Of a DNA stretch of 44,221 nt, positions 19,610-29,059 are shown in pieces. The stretch lies in the NCBI GenBank assembly GCA_903869955.1, contig CAIQBC010000130.1, positions 1-44,221 on the forward strand. Direction: 5' to 3'. The translations under genes were made by a program, and so were the position numbers. The DNA is from an uncultured Opitutia bacterium. GTDB taxonomy: Bacteria; Verrucomicrobiota; Verrucomicrobiia; Opitutales; Opitutaceae. How positions within the stretch are numbered: position 1 is the stretch's first letter; each line of letters begins with the position of its first letter. The notes beneath the pieces are model-generated. The model searched no databases and was not told the DNA's origin. It worked only from the letters and a program-made list of their open reading frames with translations.

Positions 19610-22600
19610 ATGGCCCGCCCCGCACTCCTCTCCGGTCCCGCTTGGCTGCTGGCCATCGTCTGGGCCGTCCTGTCTGTCGTTCCGTCGGTTGCGCGTTCTG
19701 AGGAGGTGCCAACCGAGCCGCCGAAACTTTACCAGGAAAAGCTCGCGCCGCTTCTCACGCAGCTGGCTGAGGCGCTCAGGCTGCCGCTTGCCCTCGGCAA
19801 CGACCAGCCCTCTGGTGCGATCCTGCTCGACGAGCGGGTCCAGTTCGTCGAGGCCGACGGCCGCCGCCTCACCGTCCGCCAGGTCGCCTACAAGGCGCTC
19901 ACCGATGCCGGCGCTAAGGAAAACGCCGAGGACGTTTTCTCCTACCGCAAGAAGGAGCAGAAATTTTACCTCGTCCGTGCCGAGACAATTCAGCCCGACG
20001 GTTCCGCCTCACCGGTGCGGCCCGACGCCGTCCTCCTTCAGTCGCCTCAGCGCCAGGCGCAATACGCGCTCTATGACGATCTTGCCGAGGTGCGTGTGAT
20101 CTATCCCGGCGTGAAACCCGGCAGCGTCACGCACGCGATTGTCGTCATCGAGGACCTGTCGGTGAAGATGCCCGGCGAGTATATGCAAACCTTCACCTGG
20201 CCCCGCGCCTGGCCGATGGGCCGGCAACACTACGCAGTGGACCTGCCCGCGGCGCTCGTCTCCCGGTTGCAAGTCAACCCGCTCGGTGCCGGCCTGCCCA
20301 CGCTCACGCGCGAAACGTTGCCCGGCGACCGCGTGCGCCTCACTTGGACGCGTGACCAGCTTCCCGCCGAGCGGCCCGAGCCCTACGCCGCCCCATCCGA
20401 CCAGGTCGGCCCGGCCCTCGGGCTCACTACGCTCAAGTCGTGGGATCAGGTCGGCCAGTGGTTCAACGCGCTCGCCAAGGGCCGCGACCAGCTTGCGCCC
20501 GCTCTTGCCGCGCAGGTGGATGCGTGGACCCAGGGCATCACCGCGCGCGACGAACTCATCCGTCTGCTCCTTGCCCGCGCCGCCGACGACGTGCGCTACA
20601 CCGGCCTGGAGTTTGGCGAGGCCGATTACCAGCCGCACGACTGCAACTAGGTCTGGGCGAACCAATATGGTGACTGCAAGGACAAGGCTACCCTCCTCGC
20701 TGCTTTCCTCCGCCACAAGGGCATCCCGGCCAACATTGTCCTGCTCAACACCGACCACGCCGGTCTCGTGGATCACCGCACGCCTTCCCATCAGGTCTTT
20801 ACCCATGCCATTGTCGCGCTGCCCGATGGCAAGGGCGGCTGGCAGTTTTGCGACCCGACCATTGCCCACGCACGTCCCGGCCTGCTCAGCCCGCACGACA
20901 CGGACCGCGAGGTGCTCGTCGTCACGGTCAACGGTGCCGAGTGGGTGCGCACCCCTGCACAGCCGGCCGGTGGCCTCGACCACCGGTTCGACCTCAAGCT
21001 CAGCCCGACGGGTGAGCTTTCCGGCTGGTTCACCCTCACTGCCGACGGCTACTTCAGCGCGAGCCAGCGCGAGCGCTTTGAAAAGCTCAACCCCGACGAG
21101 ACCCGCGACAGCCTCACACGCCTGCTGCGCGGCTTCTACGCCGGCGCCGAGGTCGTGGATGTCGTCAAGCCCCCCGCCGATGCCCCTGCGTCCGACGCCT
21201 CCTATGTCATCAAGGCGTATTTTCTCGTGCCCCAGAGCGGGAGCAACAGTGGTGCCGCCACCGCGCTGACCTTTCCGCAAAGCGCCGCGCTCTTCTACGA
21301 CGTGGGCCACACGTCCGAACGCCGCTCAGGCTTCTTTGTCTGGCGCGAGCACCTTGCCATCCGCGCCACTATCGCCCTGCCTGCGGGCCTTGCGCCCACG
21401 CGTTTGCCCGATGCCTACCGCCTTGCTTCCCCTGTGGGCGCGATGAACGCGCAATGGCGCTTTGCCGACGGCGTCTGCCAGATGGAGCTGCAGCTCGACC
21501 ACCCGCAGGCGCTGATCGCCCCGTCGGATTTTCCCCTTTATTACAACGCTCTCCAGTCGCTCCGCACTTGGCTTGAGCAACCCGTCGTCCTCGCTGCCGG
21601 CGGTCCCGCCCCGACGGCACCTGCGACCGCCGCCGCCGACCTCGATCTTCCGCTCATGCCCACCGGCGAGGGCCAGATCAACCTCGTGGACGTCCGTTAT
21701 CCCGAGTCGGGCAACCGCGCCCTGCGGCGCGCCGCCCTCGACAAGACCCTCCAGTTTTTTCCCAAGGACAAGGGTACGGTCTTCCGCGCCAACGTCCGCC
21801 TCGCCAGCCTCGATTGGAACGAGGACAAAAACCAAGCCGTCGTGGACCGCCTGCGCCCCCTCCTCGCCGGCTACCAGGCCGACGTGAGTCCGGAAATTTA
21901 CTCTTGGGGCGAGAGCATGCTCGGCCTCGCGCTCTCCGAGCTTGGCCAAAAAGACGAGGCAACGAGGATATTTGTCCGCCTCGCCCGTACCCCCGCCCTC
22001 TCCGAGTTCCGCCGCTCGCTCGAGGCGCTTCACGCCGCCAACCTCCTCCAGACCGCCGCCCCCGACGAAGCCATCGCCCTCCTCGCGGAGGCGACCAAGC
22101 TCGATTCCGAATATCGGGGCAACCTCTATGCGCTCCTCGCCCGGCTCCTGCTCCGGCAGGGCAAGGCCGCCGAGCTGCGCACCCGCCTCGCCGAGCTGCG
22201 CCAGTCCCACCCGCAGGAAACCGAGGCCGTGCTGATCGAGCTCGTGCGCGCCTCCGCCCGCTGGGACGAGCCCGACGAGGACGCCCGCCGCCAGACCTTG
22301 CTCGCCCTCGTCACGGAAAACGCCCTGGCCCCCTCGGCCGGCCTGACAGCCGCCCTCGCCGAGGCCGGTGGCCGCCAGCTTCTTGCGCAGGCCGTTGGCG
22401 ACATCCAGGCCCGCCTTAAGTCCCTCGCTGCCGCGACCCCGCCGCCCGCGTGGCTTGCGCCTGTCGCTGACGATACGCTGAAAACCTTCGCCGACTACGA
22501 CCGCGCCGTGACCGAGGCCGAGAAAAAAAATGACGCCGCCCGCTGTGTCCAGCTCGCGGCGCAGGCTCTCGCCACGTTGCCACCGGGCGCCGATTTTTCC

Positions 22601-25600
22601 CGCCGCCTCTGGCTGGCCGCCGCCAATGCCGACTGGCAGGAGCGTCTCGCCACCCCGCCTGGCCCGGTCGAATCGCTCACGGCTTTGCTCGACCTCTGCG
22701 AGCGGCTCCCGGCCGGTGACACCTACCGGTTCGAGGGCCGCATGCTCCGCGCCACCCGTCTCGCACGGGATCGCGATTTCCGTGCCGAGCAGGAAATTTA
22801 CCAAGGGCTCCTCGCGCCTGCCGCCGCCCTGCCCGACACCTTTCTCGCTGCCGTACACAGCCGCCTCGCCCTTTGCCTTGAAAGTCAGGGCGACTATGCC
22901 GCCGCCCTTGCCTCCTTCCACGATCTTGAGCCGCATCTCGCGGATTCGGCCAAGGCTGCGGACCGTTTTCTTCACGCGATCTTCATCAATCTCCATGAGG
23001 ACCGCCCGGCCGAGGCGCTGCGCGAGATCACATTGCTCGAAAAAATCCCGGCCACCATCCGCGAACAGGCTGTCGGCAAAGACATCATTGCCGAGCTGGT
23101 CGAGCTCGGCCATTCGGGCCACGCCGAGGAGTTCTGGGCCGCAGAAAAAACCTGGTGGCCTGCCTGGGAGGCGCTCGCCCGCGACCTCGGCCTGCCTGCC
23201 GCCGGCCCCGAGACCGTCGCGCCCGTCATCCCCGACCTCCCTGCGCTTGGTGCCACGCTGGGCCGCGCCCAGCGTGCCAACGACCGGGTCGCGTATTTCC
23301 AGTCACTCCGCCCGCTCCTCAGCGCCGCCCGCTGGCTGCCCTCCTCTACGTTTCAGCTCGTCAGCCTCCAGACCGGCCCGCTGCTCATGTTGGATGCCGC
23401 GCACCGCCCCGCTTGGCGGCTCGCGCTCATCGGCCTGTTTGCGGCCAAGGCCCCGGAGCTGCCCGACAATGGCCGCCGCCGCCAGCTCATGCTCGCCGCC
23501 TACCAGTTGGACGCCGGGCAACCCGTCCCGGCCTTGCGCACCATCGCCGCCTACCACGCCGCCCGCCCGCCCACCGACTTGATCACCTACGCGATGAACC
23601 GCATCTGGGGTTTCGCCGCCCTCGCGCGTGCCGCCAGCCCTTCACCTGGGCTGCTCGCCACTGCGCTCAACGGCCTCCTTGGCGGCTCCGCTGCCGTGGT
23701 GAAGACCGAGCTGGCCGGGGCTGCGCAGGCCATCGAGCACGACTTGGAGAATCCCGACTACACCGACCAGCGTGCCAGTGCCGTCACCGTTCTCGCCGAC
23801 CTTTTTCACTCCTTGGACCGTACCGACGACGAGGCCAAGCTTCTCCAACGTGAGCTGACCGGCAAAGTCCTTGCTGCGGACAAGGACGCGCTCGACAAAA
23901 TCTCCGCCCGCCTCGGGGCGCTCACAGGACCCGCCCATTTGGCCAAGGCCGTGCGGCTCTGGGTCGCCGGGCATCAGCCCGCGTGGTATGCCTTTGCCGA
24001 GCCCGCCCGCCTTGCCGACCCGCGTCTCCGCAACCTTGAGACCGTGTTGAAAAACGCCGAGGCCCAGCTCGGCCCGGTCGAGGCCGTCAAGCTCCGCCTC
24101 CTCGTCGCGCAGGATCCCTCGCAGTCGCCGCAATTGCTCGGCTCCGCCTGGGGCGACGCCCTCCGCGGCCTGCTTAAGCTCACCAGCACGCACGCGGAGG
24201 CCCGCCAGCTCCTCGACAGCCTGCTCGACGACCAGGATTTTGACCTGCCTATGCGCCTCGGGGCGCTCTCAATTGCTCTCTTCGACGCCTATGCCCAAGA
24301 GCAGCCCGAGGACTATGCGCGCTGGCGCAAGCACCCGCTCAACGCCAGCTTCAGCGCCCAGCAGCAGGACACCCTCGTCGTCCTGGATGAGTTCATGGCG
24401 GCCGACCACAGTTCGAAGGACGCCCTGCTTGCGCTTGCCAAAAAACTCACCGCCGGGCTGCTGTCGCAGCCGGCGGTTGGTGCCCTGAAGGACATCGTTG
24501 GCGTGCTGCTGCGCCTTGGCGAGACAGCGGCGGCCCGCCAGCTGGTGGACGGGCTGCCCGCGTGGCAGTTTGCGCCCGACGTGTCCACGCCCCGGCCCAC
24601 GCTCCAGATCGAGTTTGCCCGCCAGCTCCGTGCGGCCGAGGCGCTCGCGCCGCTTCACGCTGCGCTTGTCCGACGCGTGGTGCAGGAGTTTCCCGCGCTC
24701 CCGACCGCGCCGCCCCTGCCCTACGCCGCGTTGCGCCGGCAAAATTATGTCCCCGGCCTTCCGCCCGATGTGACTGAGCAGGCCTGCCTCTGGCTCATCC
24801 AGACCCACCGGTTCGACCCCAGCAACCTGAGTTTTTGGGGGGTGTTCCTCCAAGCGTTGCAACGGGAGCCAAAAAACGAGCCGCTGGTGCTCGACCTTGC
24901 GCGCCTCCTTATCGAGCAGCCCGGTGACGACAGCCAGCGGGCTGGCTCGATCGTCCTTCTCCTGTCCGCACTTGATCTGGACAACGCCGGCCTCCGTCAA
25001 AAATTGGAGCCGCTGTTCGCGAAATACCGGCAGCCACTCGCCGCCCCGCAAACCTACGCCATCATCCGTGATTACGAGATCCGCGTCGCCCTCCGCACCG
25101 GCCAGCCCGTGGATCTCGCCACCGCCTACGACGGCCAGCGCGGCTCAGCGCCCGCCGCCCACCGCGATCACCTGCAAATTGTCCAGGCGCTTCAGGCGCG
25201 CGACCTGCCCGCGCTCAAGCGGCTGGTTGACGCAATCCCGCCCGAGCAGTTGCTCGACCCCGCGCGCCTGCCCGTCATGCTGCCCGCGCTTGATCTCCTC
25301 GGGCTGAAAGACGAGGCCAAGCTCGCGCGCGAGGCGGCCCGCCGCCAGCTCCGCCAGATGATCCTGTTTACTTGGGCCGTGCCGGAGGACAACGTTTTGC
25401 GGGAGATTTTTCCCTTGGCCCATGCCCTCAACGAGCCCGACCTGCTGCCGCCGCTATGGGTGCAGTTTATCCGCACCAACGCCCGCAGCCCTTTCGGCCA
25501 GTTGCACATTCTCTGGCTCGATGCGATGCAGCACCGGGACTGGGCCGCGGCCGTCGCTCACACCGACGAGCTGTTGAAAGCCTATCCGACCTCCTACGGC

Positions 25601-25753
25601 ATCTATTGGCTGAAAGCGCAGGCGCTCTGGGGGGCCGGCCGCAAGGCTGAGGCCGCCGAGCCCCTCGCAACTTACGCCCGCTTCTCCAAGGATGAAGTGG
25701 ACTATCCCGAGGCCGTCACCGGCCTCAGGGAGCTTGGCTTGCCTGTGCCGTGA
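19610..25753 (+). pseudogene. Giant secreted DUF3857 / transglutaminase-like cysteine protease / helical-repeat protein, interrupted by an in-frame TAG at 20648..20650
   Basis: Track ORFs 19550..20650 and 20768..25753 share one frame, and 20651..20767 is open. The signal peptide starts at ATG 19610. A DUF3857-like N-domain is followed by a putative triad: GDCKDKATLL (Cys codon 20675..20677), FTHAIVAL and FCDPT. About 1,550 aa of alpha-helical TPR-like repeats follow. Confidence 0.85.
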
Positions 25754-25809
25754 AACGGCGCAAATTCACGGTTGCCGCACCCACCGGCGGATGGTTTACC
25801 CGTCGCGTC

Positions 25810-27111
25810 ATGTCAGCCTGCCAAGCTTTTTTAATTTTGCCGTTTGCGAGCCTGATTTTGGCGGCCACCGGCTGCCAGACGCCCGGTCAAAAGGCTGCTG
25901 CCGCTGGTACCGCCCTCGTCAAGTTCGACTCCAAGCAGGCTGAGGTCATTAAAGATCGCGGCAATGCCAAGCAGCGGAAGGGCGACCTCGACGGCGCGAT
26001 TGCCGATTACACCCTCGCACTTGAGCTCGATCCCAATTATGATCTCGCGTACAATGACCGTGGCAGCGCCAAGTCGGCCAAGGGCGACCAGGAAGGCGCC
26101 ATCACCGACTTCAACCGTGCCATCAATGACCATCACACCAAGGCCACGCTAATTTACATCAATCGTGGCATAATCAGAGAGAATCGGGGTGATTTGGACG
26201 GGGCCATGGCCGACGCCAATGCAGCACTCAAACTCGACCCCAAGCTGGCCGTGGCCTACGTGGTTCGGGGCGGTGTCCACCTTGCGGCGGGCAGGTTGGA
26301 CGAAGCCGTTGCCGACTATACCCGTGCGATCGAGCTCGATCCCAAGCTCAACGGAGCCTTTGCCAGCCGGGGAGTGGCGCTTGGCAACAAGGGCGATTTT
26401 GATGCGGCAATTGCTGATCTCACCCAGGCGATCCGGCTAAATCCGAAGATCGCTTCATACCATAGCAGTCGCGGTGAAGTGTATGACGCCAAGGGCTTGC
26501 TGGATGCAGCAACCGTAGATTGCGACCTGGCCTTTCAGCTCGACCCCAAGCTGTCGGGAGCCCACCTGTTGCGCGGCAAGATTTTGCTTCACAAGAAGGA
26601 TCCTGATGGAGCAATCCAATATCTCAACCAAGCGATCGCGCTTGCCCCGCAGAATGCGTCGGCGGCTTACAATGAGCGCGGCATCGCCCGGCACGCCAAA
26701 GGCGACCTCGTCGGAGCAGACGACGATTACAGCCACGCGCTCGTATTGGTTCCAAATGATTACTCCGCCTATCTCAACCGCGGACAGACACGGTCCGAGC
26801 AGGGCCGTTTCGATTTGGCCCTCGCCGACTTCACCCGGGCCATTGAACTCCAGCCCCAACGGGCGCGCGCCTACAATCACCGTGGTTACGCCAAGCTGCT
26901 CATGAAAGATCTGGACGGTGCCATCACCGATCTCACCCGCGCCATTGCGCTCGATCCTGAGCTTGTGATCGCCTACCTCAACCGGGGCAACGCCCGAAAG
27001 GCCAAAGGCGACCTCGCTGGCGCTGAGGCCGACTTCGCCGCCGCCAGCAAGCTCAAGCCTCGCTTCGGCGAAGAGCCGTTGTCGCTCCTGCCGCTGCCAC
27101 GTCTGCCCTAG
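25810..27111 (+). CDS. Lipoprotein with 11 tandem TPR repeats
   Basis: LILAATGCQ lipobox, then 11 consecutive 34-aa units of the form G(D)LDGAIADyTrAIeLDPkxxxAYxxRG. The alternative GTG start at 25750 overlaps the upstream stop (GTGA). Confidence 0.9.
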   Translation: MSACQAFLILPFASLILAATGCQTPGQKAAAAGTALVKFDSKQAEVIKDRGNAKQRKGDLDGAIADYTLALELDPNYDLAYNDRGSAKSAKGDQEGAITDFNRAINDHHTKATLIYINRGIIRENRGDLDGAMADANAALKLDPKLAVAYVVRGGVHLAAGRLDEAVADYTRAIELDPKLNGAFASRGVALGNKGDFDAAIADLTQAIRLNPKIASYHSSRGEVYDAKGLLDAATVDCDLAFQLDPKLSGAHLLRGKILLHKKDPDGAIQYLNQAIALAPQNASAAYNERGIARHAKGDLVGADDDYSHALVLVPNDYSAYLNRGQTRSEQGRFDLALADFTRAIELQPQRARAYNHRGYAKLLMKDLDGAITDLTRAIALDPELVIAYLNRGNARKAKGDLAGAEADFAAASKLKPRFGEEPLSLLPLPRLP

Positions 27112-27716
27112 TCCGGTCTCTCGACCGAAAAAATGTCACGCGTGCGCGTGTAGGTGTCGCCGCCGAGGCGGCCGATGAGATCGAGCTTTGCGGGATCGGG
27201 CCGGCCGTTGGAGCCGGGCACGGTGTCGCTGACGTGAGCAAGCAGGATGCGACCGAAGACGACGTTGGCCGCCATGGGCCCTTCACCAATCTGCACGATG
27301 CGGTCGAGCACGCACTCAAACGCCACCGGCGCGGCGGCCACGCGCGGCGGGCGCACCCGTGCGCTCGGCACGGACGTGATGCCGCCTTGCTCAAATTCGC
27401 TTACGCCATACGGCAGCGATGCGGAAGTGGCGCTCATCTGCCCTGCCAGCGCGAAGGACACGAGGTTCACCACAAATTCGGGCACCGCCTCGATGTTTCG
27501 CACGGTGTCCTTCTTCATCCCGTCGGGATGGTTGGCGACGGAAAACATGAGCGTGGGCGGGCGGGCGCAGACACCGTTGAAAAACGAGAACGGCGCGAGG
27601 TTGGTGCGACCGTCAACGGAAATGGTGGAGACCCACGCGATGGGCCGGGGCATGATGGTGCCGATGAGCCACGGATAAATCTCACGCGGCGGAAGCGCGG
27701 TGAAGTCGAGCAGCAT
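27108..27716 (-). CDS. Flavin reductase-like FMN-binding domain protein
   Basis: PRPIAWVSTISVDGRTNLAPFSFFNGV pattern. Its stop overlaps the convergent TPR gene stop within CTAG. Confidence 0.85.
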   Translation of the reverse strand: MLLDFTALPPREIYPWLIGTIMPRPIAWVSTISVDGRTNLAPFSFFNGVCARPPTLMFSVANHPDGMKKDTVRNIEAVPEFVVNLVSFALAGQMSATSASLPYGVSEFEQGGITSVPSARVRPPRVAAAPVAFECVLDRIVQIGEGPMAANVVFGRILLAHVSDTVPGSNGRPDPAKLDLIGRLGGDTYTRTRDIFSVERPD

Positions 27717-27734
27717 GGGGTGGCGCGAAATTTC

Positions 27735-27977
27735 CTACCCGCCCGCGACTGGCGGGATGAAGACCAGTTCGGCCCCGTCGGCCAGCGGCGTGTCCCATGG
27801 GGCAAATTCGCCGTTGATGGCGACCCGCAGCCGGTCGCCTGGCAGCGTGAATCCATGGCGCACCCGCAGTTCGTCATAGAGCGCAGCGGCGGTCAGGGCG
27901 GCGGTCGCAAGGGTCTCGTGCGTGAGGCCGCGTTGCTCGCGGAGGATGGCAAAATACTGGAGGCGGACGGTTTTCAT
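27735..27977 (-). CDS. moaD: MoaD/ThiS-family sulfur-carrier protein
   Basis: 80 aa starting MKTVRLQYFAILRE and ending ...FIPPVAGG (C-terminal Gly-Gly). ATGA overlap with moaC. Confidence 0.8.
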   Translation of the reverse strand: MKTVRLQYFAILREQRGLTHETLATAALTAAALYDELRVRHGFTLPGDRLRVAINGEFAPWDTPLADGAELVFIPPVAGG

Positions 27978-28522
27978 TTTTTGCGTGATGGGCGGCTCTT
28001 TGTGGCCAACGGCCCCGCTCCTTCGGCTGCACGCCAATTTTTCTTCCCGCCCGTTTTTTCCTGTAAACGGATTTCTTTGATGACGATGCCGTGGCTCGCG
28101 GCCTTGCCCATGTCATAGAGCGTGAGGGCGGCCACGGTCGCGCCGGTCAGGGCCTCCATCTCTACGCCGGTCCTGGCGTGGGTCTCGGCGCGGCAATGAA
28201 TCGTTACGTCCACCGTGCCATTGGTGGCGGTCGGGCCGGCCTCGATTTTGATCCGGCAGTCATCGAGCGGCAGCGGGTGACAGAGGGGGATCAGTTCAGC
28301 GGTTTTTTTCGCGCCCATCACGCCAGCGAGGATGGCGGTCTGGAAGAGCGGGCCTTTCTTTGACTGGATTTCGTTGCCGGTGACGAGCGCGGCGAGCGCG
28401 GGCGGCAGCGTGACGACGGCGACGGCGAGCGCGATGCGATGGGTCACGGCCTTGCCGCCGATGTTGACCATCGTGGGCCGGTTTTGGCTGTCGAGGTGGG
28501 AGAGTTGGGGCGGGGGTTTCAT
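27974..28522 (-). CDS. moaC: Cyclic pyranopterin monophosphate synthase MoaC
   Basis: MVNIGGKAVTHRIA, AGVMGAKKTAELIPLCHPLPL, TGVEMEALTGATVAALTLYDM. Start at ATG 28522. Confidence 0.92.
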   Translation of the reverse strand: MKPPPQLSHLDSQNRPTMVNIGGKAVTHRIALAVAVVTLPPALAALVTGNEIQSKKGPLFQTAILAGVMGAKKTAELIPLCHPLPLDDCRIKIEAGPTATNGTVDVTIHCRAETHARTGVEMEALTGATVAALTLYDMGKAASHGIVIKEIRLQEKTGGKKNWRAAEGAGPLATKSRPSRKK

Positions 28523-28824
28523 TTCGGCGGCTTGGCTGCGGGAGGTGTGGCGGCGGGCTTTCCCTTGCTCGGCAAAAACTGGCCCAGCCACTCGACCACG
28601 GGTGTGGCCCACGCCGGCTCGTCGCGCTCATAGACCCACTGCGTGCAGAGCAAAAAAAGAAGGAACAGCACCCCGCCGGCGAGCAGCAGCTTGTTCATCT
28701 GTGCCGCAAACCGGATGAGGAGCACGACGACCACAAATCCGAGGATCGCGATCGCGATCGTCCACCACGTGTGCGGGGGCACCTGCTTGAGTTGCTCTAG
28801 TGTGGTGGCGGCAAGGAAGTGCAT
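28519..28824 (-). CDS. Small two-TM membrane protein, unknown function, first gene of the moaC-moaD unit
   Basis: These are the last 101 codons of track ORF 28519..29568, starting at MHFLAATT. There are two hydrophobic helices and a Pro/Ala/Lys tail. The stop overlaps the moaC start by 4 nt. Confidence 0.5.
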   Translation of the reverse strand: MHFLAATTLEQLKQVPPHTWWTIAIAILGFVVVVLLIRFAAQMNKLLLAGGVLFLLFLLCTQWVYERDEPAWATPVVEWLGQFLPSKGKPAATPPAAKPPK

Positions 28825-29059
28825 GATGGTTGGATAACGTAACGGCGCCGCGCAATTTTTCGAGCGCAAAGCGCAATCGCGGGCGTGCAAGCAATAACGC
28901 GCCGGGCAGAAACGCCGGGTGCTCACGCCCGGTCGCGTGACTGGCCTCATCTGCGCCCTTCGGCAAAGTGCGCCATGTGTGACATCCGTGTGACGGGTGC
29001 GGTAAAGGCTCGTTTCATGCGCAGCCGTCCGCAACATCACCCGCCTTTCTCCCGCCACC

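Noticed and set aside
20009-23122. Two long minus-strand ORFs (20009..21310 and 21326..23122) inside the giant gene
   Set aside because: They are shadow ORFs. The + strand frame has transglutaminase motifs and regular helical repeats, while the antisense translations are low-complexity.
25939-27060. About 102-bp DNA periodicity
   Set aside because: It is fully explained by the 11 tandem 34-aa TPR units of the lipoprotein gene. It is not an independent DNA repeat element.
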